DNA of 64,000 nt from Octopus sinensis (taxonomy: Eukaryota): the NCBI RefSeq assembly GCF_006345805.1, contig NW_021833076.1:62001-126000 (forward strand), written 5' to 3'. Position 1 is the first letter of the stretch. Every line of letters begins with the position of its first letter. Below, piece by piece: positions 39,000 through 52,500 of this stretch. The notes below the pieces were generated by a model. That model was not told the origin of the DNA. It ran no database searches and saw only the letters and a list, made by a program, of their open reading frames with translations. The position numbers and the translations under genes were made by a program.

Positions 39000-41900
39000 T
39001 CGTATAACGATGATATTACTAGAATAGCACGCCATTAAGCAACACTGAACACGCTCAACTTGAACACAAAGCATCTTGGCAAATCAGAGGAACTTAATGA
39101 ATATTGGGATAACTCTCTCAATGCGACGGGGACTTTACCCGAGATAGTTTAAGCAATGAGCTTAGCAGTAACCTCGTATCAACACTTTGATAATAAAAAT
39201 CATTTTAGTGATTTTCTGGATTCTCAAATTCCTGTAAAATCATTCAAAATCTGGCTGTCCACTATTCTTCATTTATGTAGCAAACATTCAAAGCATACTA
39301 TTTATCCAATGATGAAGATCATATTGAAGATCATAAAATTTGTGCTTCAGACTATCAGTGTCATTTCTCGTGTCAAAAACGAGTATTGTATTTTTATATT
39401 CAATTGGAGATCGAGGTTTAAATTTGAGCTTTTGGTTGAAACCTGTTTTGATTTATTTTTAATTTAAATTACGGCAAGTGAAATATCTGAAAATGACATT
39501 CAAAAAACGCGCCCTGAGGCTTTTATAGAACTTTTGAACCAACAGGGTTGTGGAGATTGTCTCTTCAGTTGTGCAGTCAACGTTTTGTGTCGACGTGCAA
39601 CTCTTTCTACTATAATTACTAGAAAACTCTTTGAATGGTGTTTCCAGCACGAAAATGGTTTTACTAACTACGATTTTTGACAAATGTTTTTATTGACAGA
39701 TTTCGGGTGTTTACCAATCATTGTTGAAAATTATTTCCAATCTTGACCATTTGGTTGAGGCTCACATTTATTTCATCTCGAATGTGCTGGAATTGTGCGA
39801 TGACGTCAGTTTTTTACTAATGAGGTTATTCTACATCTGTCAAAAAATAAACCATTGGTCGTTCTCAGGGTTATTATTAGTGAAGTATTTTTAAATAAAT
39901 GTATTTTTGTACCTAATAGGGTTAGTTTTGGTATATGACACTAACTACCTCATATTTATATGAACCGCTCTCACTTGGCTATGTGTGGCATCTAGCAGGC
40001 GAAGCCTCTCGATTAATGTTGAAAAAATGTATTCTATTTTTTTCCAAGATGATTTGCTTCTTCTCTGGACATCACTAAAACACTAAGATTGCAGGGTTTA
40101 GCTGTTTTGTCATATTTATGTGTATTTCCCTGTCTTTTCCGTACTCTGTGAACATTTTGTGTGTAGTGAATACTCCATTCATGCCATGCAATTTATCCAA
40201 CAGTATCTGTCACGAATATTTTGTATTGACAATAATGGCTCCTTAATTCAAGTCGTGCATACATTCGACAAAGTATATTACATGCTCAAGTTGCTACTTA
40301 ATTTGGAACAAATTCTGTTTATTTTCAGCAGCAGCACGATTATATGGTTAGTTTGTCTTTGAGTGTGACTGCAGGACTTTATCACAAAATTCTCGAATTC
40401 TCCATTCACTAACCTGGCTCTCCCGACTCCATACTGGCGACGAGCTTTAATTCTTGAAATTATAAGAACAATAATTCTACGGATCGACAGGCTCGATTTC
40501 TATCCTATTCCTTAGGAGTGTATGACAACATTGTTTCGCTTGTTGGGTGACCAATACCCGAATAACAGACACAATGTTCTTCGAATACTAAAGGCGTTCT
40601 CTTTAAAACAAGTATTGTCATTTGGACTTTGAAGGAAATCTCTGATGTGACTGAGATGATGAAGTTTTTTATCTAATCAAACAATTAAGTATCAATGTGC
40701 TCTCTTCTCAACTTGATATTTTGTCTCTTGATTTTGAGGGGAAGTGCATCGAACACCGCTGTATTCATCACTCATTTTGATGGCCGACATCTTTGCCAAA
40801 ATTTGGTCAACTTTGGTGAAATATAAATTCCTGCAATGAGAAGACAAAGGTTAAGTTAATAAGAACTATTCTCACTCTGTTCCACAGTCAGGAGAATAGC
40901 ACTACCCTACGTAATGGCCTTCAAGGAAAACCAATTTGGTATAGTAAATGTTTAATCGGCAGAGTCCGCTGCTATTTCTTCATCATGGAGGTTTATCAAA
41001 GAATTAGTCAGAATATACTCTCAAATATTCAAGAGTGGTGTTTTTTCCAAGTTAGACTCATAGCATGCATAGTTTAATTCATCTGAATGTAGATACGAAA
41101 TATTCTTTGCCTTTATCTGTACGAAATGATTAAATGTCCTTACCGTGGCCTTTTCGAATTTACATCAACCCAATTTTACTGGATTTGTGTTTGCCTGTGG
41201 AAGATGCACTTTGACAATAGAAATCAGGGACAATTTATTCCTTGTGACACAATGTCGTGGCTTCCAAATCTTGTTCGACTGTTTAAAGCTGATGAAGAAC
41301 CGTAGATGCTTCCAATTGTCAGAAACTGTGGTTGAATCTGCTTCGTCGTTAATTCTTATAGAATGTGATTTTGGCGAAGATAGAAGAAGTTAAACATCGA
41401 AAAATTAGGTCTTCAGAGTGTATTTCTTTATTTGTTTCTATTTTGGAAGACTATTTCCTTTGCCATGAGAATGTGCAATTAAATGTAAATTGTGATTTTT
41501 ATCGAAATTTAGTCTGTTTTGTGCATTTTGGAAACATAATCTGATTTGGTGTCCGATCGGGGAATGGGAGAGTTAATTGAAATACATTTGGAAACACGTT
41601 GCTGCATTTCTTTTGAAGGACTGTGTAGTTCTTGATGGACGGTGTCGTTGACTATTTATTTGTATAGATTCGGAATTTGTCGTCACTTTTGTTTGGATCA
41701 GTTTTTTTTCGTTTGCTTGGTAATAAACGGGTGAATGAAAATATCGTTTTTTACGTTTATATCTCGTTTTCATGTCTTAGGATTACTCATTCCGTGTTTT
41801 TCGAACTTTATTGCATGTTTACGGATTTTGTCATTTCCAAAATCGAAGATCTGTCAACACGTTTTGACGATTTCAATCGAAATTCGTGTTTGTTTGCCAT

Positions 41901-42790
41901 GATTTTGTTATTGAGTCATCTCGAACCTTCTTCTGAACAGCCAGCAGACAGTGTTTCATCAAGAATAAATCATTTGTCACTTCTCGCTCAAAAGTTGTTC
42001 TTGCTGATGTTTTTTAGATTGTCTTTTTGTCCTGTGTACCGAATACAAATATTTGCCGCCGAATTATGTGTAAATGTGCTCAATGAACAAAATATAATTG
42101 CCAATTTGACCTCTCTTCTAACTCAGTTGTTGTTGCTCATGGAAAGCTGCTACAAGTATGAAGCTGATGTGTGTATTATTTAGTTACTACTTTTATTAAA
42201 AAAATAAAGACTGAAAATTAGCGACGAGTCTGTTTTTGAAATGAATAATATTTGTAAACTTGTTGAGTATAAACTAAAGGAAACGTTGTTCCTGATTTGT
42301 TAAGCCATAGATTGTCTACTTCTGGGGAAAATATGTTCCGTTGGACTTGATTTCCGCGAGTGTTATTAATTCGATCCTTTTGTAATTGACTTTTTTGTTG
42401 ATTCTATTCGCAACATTGATAAAGAAGTCATCAGTCACTTTCACAGGACTGTGTATTTATCTTTAACTTTGCGACGGACTATTAAGCTTGTCGTTAAATG
42501 CACTTTATTCGGAGTCTCTGTTGTCTTTGCTATGAAAGTGATGTCATTCTGTAAACTCGAACACATCGTTTTATTTCTCAATTACTCTTCTGTTAACTTG
42601 CCAAGCATAGTCTGCTTCCTAATATACGAAAATACAAAACAAGAAAAATTCGTGGATCACATCAATCATCAGCTTGTCAGTAATTTTAGTGTAGTTTTCT
42701 GATTTAAGGCAATGCTTGATTTGAGTGCGGTTGGGCATAAACTTTCGGATCTTTCTGTGGATTTTATTCACGGGGTTTGTTGTGTTTTAT
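39000..42790 (+). CDS. Large multi-exon ARM/HEAT-like protein, tentatively MON2-like
   Basis: Coding-like Leu-rich fragments between micro-intron-like breaks; PYWRRALILEIIRTI (about 40430-40475) resembles a MON2 motif. Not fully reconstructed; boundaries approximate. Confidence 0.35.
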
Positions 42791-43112
42791 TTTCTAGACT
42801 CTTAATTCGGTGGTCTTTATTTTGAAAAGCGCACCAAGGTTTGTTGTACGTAATGGAGTTTAATGACAGCCTGCGCGTCGCTCTTATAACACTTCTGCTT
42901 TTCTTGTTTCCTCGTCTTCTTGAGAATGATGTTCGATTTTAAATTGATAATTAAACTAGGAAATTCCATTTGACCTGAATGTGTTTTTGAGGACATATCT
43001 TTAGCAATGATCAAACGGGAATTCTACAAAACAAGGAAACCATCAGTGAAGCCGTTTATAAATAAAAGTAGAAATTAGGGTTTCTTAAAAACATAGAATA
43101 GTGTTTAGCTTC

Positions 43113-43322
43113 CGAGGACGGTAGGAGGCTGACAAATGGGAACTGGGCACATAAGATATTCCTTACCTCTCTTTAGATCCGGAAGGCTGTATTGAAGATT
43201 TGGAGACTAATGCTGATTGGCTCAGACAGTTCCTTCTTTCCTTCTTCTTTATTCGATTAGTTAGCTGTGACTGTTTGTGCTGGGTTTGCTATGCAAGCTT
43301 GGGGGGTTAATAAAAATAAAAA
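43113..43322 (+). mobile_element. 5'-truncated SINE copy (same family as 56553-57008)
   Basis: Aligns along its length with about 56790-57008 (ggctgacaaatgggaactgg...gattagttag.tgtgactgtttgtgctggg...gcaagcttggggg, then an A/T tail). Confidence 0.8.
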
Positions 43323-43402
43323 GCAGATTTGTGAGGCAATGGACTGTAGTTTAGGTATTTGCTGGAATTGGCACATAAATATATTTTTCAACAACAATTA
43401 TG

Positions 43403-44389
43403 TCAATAATCGCCAATACGGAGAGCCTCAGTCCTCATCCATTCAGTTTCAATAATCTGGTCGATTGTAGGGCGCATGAGTGGGTCGAATGATAGCATTT
43501 GGAGGACTGTGTCAATGCAACATTTTCCGTATATATCCTCAGTTTTAGGAGGAAACTCGTAGTTCATGAGCTTCATTTGTTTTATAATATTGTCCATTGC
43601 ACTGACAGTTCCTACGGTTCCCACTGTAACAGCCATTTTTCCGCTGATCATAAAATAAAGAACAACACCGAGACTGAATATATCCGCACACTTTGGGTCA
43701 TATTTATTTGCTGCGTTCATGATCTCTGGAGCACAGTACCCAGGGGTCCCACACACTGTACTACGCAGATGTTCGTCAGGGTCAGGACAATTCTCAGTCT
43801 TGCAGGAAAATCCAAAGTCTGTCAGTTTAATGCAGTTCTCACAAATAAGAATATTTTCCAACTTAATGTCTCGGTGGACAATATTATTTGTGTGCAAGTA
43901 CTGGACAGTCCGAGCGAGCTGTGAGTTACAACGTCTCCCAAAACTTGATAGAAGTAGCGACTAGTTTGGGAAACGGAAAATCGCTGTCGTTTGCTGAAAT
44001 AGTTATGCAAATCTCCCCCTTTGGCCAATTCCATAAAAATATACACTTTGTCATCCAAGTCAACAATATCTTTTATCTACAAGTTATTAAGACGTCGAAC
44101 ACATTTCAACGTCATATCAAACCTCGACTATTCCGGGATGAGAAACCGACTTGAGAATTTCTAGTTCGTTGGAAATATAGTTGTTTATTTTGGACCCACT
44201 CATTGCCGTTTTGTCGTACACTTTACATGCATATTTTTCCTGGTTCTGCACTAACTCCGCCATCCGTACGATTCCCGTCGACCCTTTCGCGAGAAACCAG
44301 CACAATTTCCAACCACGCTCCATTAGTTTACCGTCGTCTTGGCCGTTCAATATTATCAAGTTCGGCCTCTTATGACGAGTAGTCATCAA
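43403..44389 (-). CDS. CAMK-group Ser/Thr kinase, TSSK-like
   Basis: LAKGSTG, YACK, NELEIL, VYIFMELAKGGDL, HRDIKLEN, TDFGF, CGTPGYCAPE and DIFSLGVVLY. Introns of 46 and 26 nt. Confidence 0.85.
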
Positions 44390-44929
44390 ATAGTAATACT
44401 TGGAATGTCTCCGTTTTGGTTTTTGGTTTTTTACGACTTGATCGCTTTTTGAACAGACGCAAAAAAAACTTGCCCAAAATAGTCATTTTAACAGTCAATG
44501 TATTCTAATGAATAAAAATATTGACAAAATGCACAGGAAGCCCACTTTGTCCGCGTATCACTGATATATACTTCGTCCATGACGCATTGTGGTCGCGAAT
44601 ATGCGTCACATTATCAAACTGAAATACTCGGAAATTACTCAAAAATTAGGTCTGTGGTCTCAAATTTTTATTGATTTTCAAAATAGGCAGGATAATTCAA
44701 TGTGCCTGACTACCCTTGATTTTGTCTAACATTTAATGCAGTCACGTTGAATATTGTCCTCAAGACTACTTTAAAGAATCAGTCTTTTAGAAGTCATCCT
44801 GTCACCAGGAGGAACTGGACTGTGTCTTTTCTGAGGAATTCAGAGCACAGATGGAATGCATGTGATGTGCAGTCAGTCCAAAAATGAAAAAAGCTAATAA
44901 ATTATTTATTCAAAAGTATCCAAAAATAA

Positions 44930-45681
44930 TTACTTTTTTGCACAAACAACAGTAATAACAATAATTATAACTGCGATGATGACTAATACGATGACGATTC
45001 TCAAATTCATTTGGATGCATTTGCTTCTATGTCTCTCTTTCCTTTCCATCACTGCACCAAGATCCTTGAACGATTGAGCCTGTCATAAGTAGCAATTAAT
45101 ACCTTTTCTGTCAGATTCTGACAACGTTCGTCTAAGGAGTTCAGGTTTTCTCCCCGCTCGGAGAGTTTTTTTACCGAATCGAGGAGGACTTGTTGTACTT
45201 GCTGTACTTCTGACTTGATTTGGACAGTTTTGCAGGTCTGTGACTGAATTGTTGTCTCTTCACTCTGAAAGTTGACAAAAATCTCATAATACAATCAGTT
45301 GGCTGATGTAAGCTTCCAACTCTGATTCGACATTGGCTTCTTTGATTGTGAGGAGTAGTTCATAATATGTATGAGTCTGCGGTGAGTAAATATATTTTTA
45401 TTGCATTTTTTAGGATTCTGAATATACCTTCCTGTGGTGATTCGCTTTTAGCCTGACAGAATAAGCGCAGTTCAGATTTATTGTACACAGCGAAAATTTT
45501 CCTACCAAATTGAAGTTAGCGTTAAAATAAACTCTTTTGATTTGTAAATGGAACGAGCGTTGTTTTTGTCAACTTTGGTTAGAACTGTTAATATAGACTC
45601 GTCATCCACCAAATTCGATTTAAACTGGAACTTGTATATTATGGACTCATTTTGAGCTATGGCAATACACGCAATGTCCAT
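44930..45681 (-). CDS. Longin-type R-SNARE, VAMP7-like
   Basis: Synaptobrevin motif IKSEVQQVQQVLLDSVKKLSERGENLNSLDERCQNL, a C-terminal TM (IVIVLVIIAVIIIVITVV) and a longin-sized N-terminal extension. Confidence 0.78.
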
Positions 45682-45818
45682 TATTTGTTAGATATTGGAA
45701 TTCGCTAATTTTTATTTAAACGTATTTCGCTTATCCTCTACCGCAACCACATTTTTAAATGAATTTCCTCTAATAATAAAACATTAATATTCGATACTTT
45801 TCGTTCATGTAGCCTTAA

Positions 45819-45892
45819 GATCGTCATGTGGTTCACCTTCTCGTGGAGACGATTGGATGCTGATTTCACATCAGCAAACACAAACAGAACCA
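45819..45892 (+). ncRNA. Candidate HDV-like self-cleaving ribozyme at the LINE 5' end
   Basis: P1 gatcgtc/gacgatt with G-U at the first pair, L3 ttctcgt, GG after P1', P4 tgctgat/atcagca, P2 tggttc/gaacca. P3 has one mismatch and J4/2 is long. Confidence 0.55.
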
Positions 45893-45963
45893 ATTTTTCC
45901 CCCTTGCCAACCAACCTGTCAACGGTTGGTTGGTTAGTAGTGGCTACGGGACGAGCGCCAAGC

Positions 45964-46023
45964 TTACGTTCCCTGACTCTATTGTTGATTCGGTGTGGAG
46001 ATGTGGAACAAAACCCTGGACCT
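45964..46023 (+). other. 2A (StopGo) ribosome-skipping peptide LTLLLIRCGDVEQNPG|P
   Basis: Exact D(V/I)ExNPGP consensus (45997-46023) with a hydrophobic upstream helix, directly before the APE domain. Confidence 0.9.
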
Positions 46024-49000
46024 GAGCCTATTAGAACACTAACCATCCTTCAATTGAACATCAACGGGATTTCCAAGAAATGCAATGACCTACGCTACTT
46101 TCTACACACGAACTCTATTGATATAGCTCTTATTCAAGAGACCAAACTTACTCCAAAATCCCAAACCCCCCGTTTTAAGGGTTATTCCACCATTCGTCGT
46201 GACCGCCAGTCTGGAAAGCCTGGCGGTGGTGTCTCATCTCTCATTCACGAGGCCATTCCCTTTGCAGACTCAACTGCCAACATTGAATCTCTCTTAACTA
46301 ATGATCGATTTACCGAAATTTCATCTATTCAAATTAACATTAACAAGATATGTTACTCTGTTGTTAACACATATATCCCCCCGATTTCGTCATGTGCTCC
46401 CAATTATACACCGAACTTACTGCCTCTTTTTTCAATTGAAAACTGTATTCTATGTGGCGACTTCAACGCCCACCATCCTCTCTGGTTATCCACAAACAAA
46501 ACTGACAAACGTGGCCAGCAAATCACAACGGATGCGGAAGAATTGATCACTCTAAACAACCCTCTTCTACACACCCGCTGTGCAATGCGACCTGGAGATT
46601 CAAACACTTCTCCTGACATTACCTTATGTTCCCCAAACATCGCCCTCGACGCCAAATGGACAGTTCTGTACGACCTACCAACGGACCACAATCCTATTCT
46701 AATCAAATAAATAAACATCACCCTGTAAAGAAGAGAATTACGAAGACCTACATTAACTACAAACGTGGGAAATGGGACTCGTTCAGGAGTGAAACTGAAC
46801 GTATATTCAGTATTTTTTCTTGCTCCTCCATTCAATCATTTGACACTGCCGTTGCTTTCTTTACTAGTACACTTCTTTCTGCGGACAAAAAATTTATCCC
46901 CGCGGCTTCATCCGAAATCACGGCCTCCATTTCCCCCCACCTATCATTGAACTATTCAAAAAACGAAGGAGGATCAAATCGACGACTTCTATCAATGGAA
47001 ATGGAGAATCTCTAGCAGAAATCAACAAACAAATTGACGAATTAATCAAGAAACATAAAACTGACGAATGGAATGATTTTATCACTTCAATAACCCCAAA
47101 TACTGGATCCCGTGCTTTCTGGAGAACCCTCAAGAAAATTCACACGAGGCAAACATGTCCCCTCTCACATGCCACCGGTACCTCGACCAAAAAATCTGTC
47201 CTATCTTTCCAGGATCAAGCCAACATCTTAATTCGCCATTATGCAAAAATCAGTCACCTTCCTACCCCAAAGGATCTCCGTTTCGTAAGAAAATCACATT
47301 ATAAGTCAAATGACAATTCTACTGACTATATTAACATCCCAGAATCATTTACCAGGCAACTTGTTGTTAACTCGCGGAATTCTAACGCCAGAGGTCCTGA
47401 TGGCCTTGCCATCCACACCTAAAAAATCTGGGTCCTAATGGCTTTCTGGCTCTGACCAATTTAATCGAATACTCGATCAACCATGGTCTGGTTCCTATGC
47501 TTTGGAAGAAATCTACCATCATCCCTATCCCAAAGCCAAATCGTGATACTGACCCTCCTCTTTTCGACCTATCTCTTTGATCTCAGTGGTTTCAAAAATA
47601 ACAGAGCGAGTTGTATTGAGCATCATAAAACCTTTCCTCCCATTTGCTGAATCTCAACATGGCTTTCGTTCTTTGCATTCCACTTCCACCCATCTTTCAA
47701 AACTGACACAATTCATTGCGGATGGGTTTAACAATCATAAGCCACCTCAAAGAACAATTATTGCATCCATCGACATTGAAAAGGCATTTGACAGAACGTC
47801 AAGACACGTTCTGTGTAGGAAAATAACCGATACGGAATTCCCCCACCAAATAAAGTCATGGCTACTCTCTTTTCTCTCTGGGCGTCTTGGTCGCACCACA
47901 ATCATGTCTTCTTACTCACGCTACAAATACTTGCCTAACGGAGTTCCCCAAGGCTCGGTCCTTTCACCTGCCTTATTTAACTTACATCTGTCAAATATCC
48001 CGACGAACAATAATACTCTACTTCTCTCCTACGCTGATGACTTAATTTTTGCCTCCCGCCACCAAAACATAATCACCGCTTCTGGATTTCTGCAGGAACA
48101 CATGAACACTCTTTCGTCCTGGCTGAAATGCAATCTTCTTCAACCTTCTCCTTCCAAATCATCTGTTACGCTATTCACAACTGACCGCCGTCAGTTCAAC
48201 TTAGAGCCTAAACTATTCCTAGACAACACTCCACTCCCAGTTGAAAAATCCCCCAAAATCTTGGGTCTGATATTTGATTGCTGTTTGTCCTTCTCGAAAC
48301 ATGTTTCATATATCTGTGGAAAATCCCAGAAAAAACTCAATGTGCTCCGAGCTATTGCGGGGACTTCATTTGGGCAGGATAAGGAAAGTCTAACAACTGT
48401 ATACAAGCAGTTTATTAGAACAACTATGAACTACGCCATCCCTGCTTGGGGTTCCTGCTTATCTAATACAAACCTTGAAAAACTTCAGAGAACTCAAAAC
48501 TCAGCATTACGAATTATTACCGGCTGTCTAAAAACGACACCTACCGACCACCTACATTGGGAATCGAAAATCCTTCCAATCAGTGACCATTTTGAAATGC
48601 TCGGGCTGCAATTTCTTGACAAATGCCGAACCCTAAATCACCCTGGCTACTTCCTCTGGCACTCCACTAACAACAGGAGAATAGTTCCGACCCTCGCGGA
48701 CAAAGTCCGCAAGCTTATACGATCCCCTCCGGACATTAACCAGAAGGGGATTCACGACCTGGTGGCTACGAGGACAATCAGATGTCTTGGAATAAACAAG
48801 CTTCTGGGACGCCTTCCGCCGCCAATTAATAAGATCGAATCCTCCCTCTCAAGAGAAGCCCGAGTGAACTTGGCTCGTCTCCGCTGTGGCCACCATACTG
48901 GCCTACACGATTATCGCATAAAAATCGGTCTTGGTGAAATAACCCCTTCCTATTCCCTCAACGACCTTTTCTCCTGTCCAGGCCCGCCTTCTACTTCCTC

Positions 49001-49721
49001 GGAACACCGGATCACGATCGGGGATCTTTGGGAGCGTCCGACATTGGCCCTAACGTTCTTGTTAGCCACCGGCTTCCTTCAATTGAAGGGGCCGGGGGTA
49101 AATAAATAAATAAATGTAGCCTTAAATTCAAAGCGCGATTTTGTCAGCATTTGTCATTGCTGAGGAATGCAGGATTGTGAGATGATTGATTTGAATTAAC
49201 TTTGTTTTAAAACAAGACAAAACCATCGATTATTAGCCAATCAGTTAACAGGTTCCAATTAAATCAGTCCGTAGAAAGCTGAGAATAAGGCCTATAAATA
49301 AGACCGTGGTTGCTTAAATTACAAATACATTAAATCCGGATCTGAAAATAAAAGTGAAATTTAGGATTGACAAGTCACTTAAACAAAACATAATATTTTA
49401 GTGAAATTGGTTAATTACGAGTTTACGTAAAACTGTAGTTATCGTAAAAGTAGTAGTTCCCGGGAGGGTCCTCTACTTTGATTGCGTTTTGGCTGTTTGA
49501 CCAATCGCTTTTTCCATTCTGTTTTAAAAGCGGGATTTTTTCTTGCTTGATTAGACTCAGCAAATTGTCAATGCTCCGGGAAAGACCTTTAATAGGACAC
49601 TGACAAAATTAGTGAGAGATCTGCACCGTAATTCTGGGATCTGCTTCTTCTTTTACAGATTTGTTAATTCTGGTCTTTCGAATCCCCTGCTTCTTTTTCT
49701 TCTTTGGTTGTGTAGTGGAAC

Positions 49722-52164
49722 CTAAACGTCAGTGCTTGGGTCACTTGGAAGTTGCCGACATTCTTCTGCGTGAGTCACCCAGCCTTGTTTTTTGCAACGG
49801 GTGCTACAAAAATATACTTCTCTGCACCGGTTGCACGGAAAAAGCGGAACCAACATTCGCCCACACTCGTAGCAAACGTTACTCGGAAATCTACATTTTA
49901 GCATTCAAAGCCACTTTTTTGGAGTTGTTTCGTTAGTCTGTGTAAATGTCAAAGTCTGGTTAGTTCGTCCCGGACAACCGAGCACCTTCATCACCATGTC
50001 TCCATGCTTAGCCAAAGTCGGAATATAAATGCATCTCGCCTTGCTATTCCGGACTAGTTTGATTGGTGTCCTCAAAATACCAATTTCTCCGCCCTCAACT
50101 TCTTGGTCAAATCTCAAAGCTTCCACTTCTCTGATCTTCTTGCGTATCTGTGTGGCAAGGAAAGACACGAGTTCATTAAATTCGGACACTTTTGCTTTGT
50201 CTTCTGTACTGAGCGTGTAGAAGGGGACACTGAAAAGTCTTTTTGACTAGACAGTGATACATAAAACTACGTTCTCATAGTAGTTGTACACGTGATCCAA
50301 ACAGGTTCCTAGCGATTTCTTGTTTTCTACAGCGACCTGTGCCAAAATGTCCATTTCCGAGTTCAGACACTTTTTGACCTAAAGATCAAAATGAGAAATG
50401 CAACAAATGATATTTTCTCGTGTATGGGAATCTTGTTACTCGTCAAGAGGACACAGAGAGAGTTGGATCGAGGGAGACCCAAGTCGAGGGTGATCGAAGC
50501 CCCGTTTTCCATCAACAAGTCTGCAGTCTCGGGGTTGTTCTGAGACAATGCTAAAGAAAGGGCGGAGTTGCCGCTCCAAATGGCGTTCACTTCAGCCCCA
50601 TATTTTATTAGGAGAGCAATGTTTTTGTGTCTAAGCTGGGACAATGCAGGTGTTTTGGGAACCTCAGCATTTACATTCGTGCTGCAAGCTATATGTAGAG
50701 GAGTCATTCCTGCCGTCGGAATGATAGAATATATGTAGAGGGAGTTCATAATCTGAATACACAAAGCAGTCACTACCGATTCTTCGAGGAGTCCACTCTC
50801 GGATACCCTGGCGTTGACATCTGCTCCAGCATTGAGAAGATCCTCTGTGATCTCGGTCCCCTGTTCGACATGCATTGCGACAGCCAAATGAATGAGATTG
50901 CAGGATAACTGAATGCTCAAAGTGGCAGTACTTTGTTCTTCATGTTTGGATCGGCATTTCTGAGTAACAAAATTCTGACCATCTCTGAGTCCCCACACAG
51001 GACTGCCTCGTACAAAGGAAAGGTTCGAGCAGATCCCTGATTTGGATTAGCCCCGTAGTCCAACAAGATCTCGATAATTTCACGTTGAAGGGCGTTTAGT
51101 TGCAGGGAATGAGACGTATTGAACGCAGATAAAAGTTCATTTGTGCTGGGAAACAGTCTATGCTGAAGAGGCGATTCTCTGTAGTAATTCTGGAAACTGA
51201 GCAACAAAGCCGATCTGTCGTCGTCTGACAGGCGCCCCACGTCCGCCCGAAATTTGAGGAGGCGACTGACGATTTGTTTATTGCAGAGAACTGCTGCATA
51301 CATCAATGCTGTCCTTCCTTGCTTGTCGCACACGTCTAAACAGATTTGTTCATTCAGCAAAGCCGAGTTGACATTCCGAATGTTATTTTCGGCACAATCC
51401 ATAATAAATTGTTTCGATAATTTCTCCAACCTTCCTTCCTTCAAAAACAACTTCCGGTCCCCTCCAATTTCTCTTATTCGGTAGTTTCCATAGTTAGCGT
51501 CACGGATATGACTAATAAATGAGTTCCATGAGAAATACCGAAGAACGTGACTCTGCATATTCTGAAATATGGGGGAATTGTTCTCCAGTGTTACAAATTC
51601 CTTACTCAGTGAGTCCGTGTCATCAATAGAGTACTGAGATTGGAAATAGTCAGACTCGAATTCCTTAATATTGAGTGCAATGTTGGCTCGGGTTAGACAA
51701 TTCTTGTAAACAGAGGAAGGGACTCCCTCTTGTCCAGCATCACTCAGTCGGGGCTTGTGGTTTTGCTTTACCAGGCACTGAACCGTGTTAGAGATTTTGT
51801 GTGATTTGTCATATTCTAATAAATCGACTCGCAAGGGAATAGTCCCATATAATTTCATCAATTTTCCGCCAAAAAACAGACCAACATCCTGAGTGTCGTC
51901 CTCATAACTGACGACTCCAGGACCGAAGGGAAATCCACGGAGAAACATTCCCTTTCAATATGATTTGAAGGATATACAGCATAAGATGAACCATCGACAT
52001 ATTTGCAGTATCCAAACCCCTCCTTTTCGTTAAAATAAAACGTTCCTTCGTAACAGTCCCCATTTTCACACGTCTCCACTCCGCGGCCGTGTTTCTTACC
52101 ACAAAATAAGCGGACAGTACTCTAACATGTAATCAAACTTTCTTACCTTTTGATTTTCGATCAT
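49722..52164 (-). CDS. ANKMY1: Ankyrin repeat and MYND domain protein 1
   Basis: MORN repeats (GKKHGRGVETCENGDCYEG, GPGVVSYEDDTQDVGLF), ankyrin repeats (DKQGRTALMYAA, GMTPLHIAC) and a C-terminal MYND finger (CYECGR...CNRC...FCSTRCK..W..H...C). About 9 canonical 23-27 nt introns. Confidence 0.88.
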
Positions 52165-52500
52165 TACTGTTCACTTGTGTTGGTTGCCATGATACAATTT
52201 TCGATTTTTAAGTCAGCAGATACGACTAGCCATTCATTATTTGAAAATTTGTACTTTATATGGCAATCCTTAAAGTGCACGGATGACGCAAAATAAGAAT
52301 TTTTGGCAAATGTCTATTTAACTAAAGAATGGTTAATTTTTAAGCTTATAAGGGGATTGGGGATATAAGGTCATTTTCTGTCGTTATTTTTTTATATTTT
52401 TGTTATAAGATATACGAGATATATGACATTTAGTTATATAATAATTAAATATGTGAATTATTTTTATTAAAAAAATAATAAAATTTAGATACAAAATCTT

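Larger units (their letters stand above)
45819..49113 (+). mobile_element. Full-length Ingi/Vingi-like LINE (2A-APE-RT, no RNase H), frameshifted
   Basis: 12-bp TSD atgtagccttaa (45807-45818, 49114-49125) and (TAAA)n tail. APE (QLNING, IQETKL, GDFNAHH, SPDIT, TDHNPI), RT (QHGFR, DIEKAFD, GVPQGSVLSP, YADD) and C-terminal LARLRCGH...LFSCP...DLWERP. At least 3 frameshifts. Confidence 0.95.

Noticed and set aside
45738-46835. Antisense ORFs over the LINE
   Set aside because: Shadow ORFs of the plus-strand coding sequence with no independent evidence.
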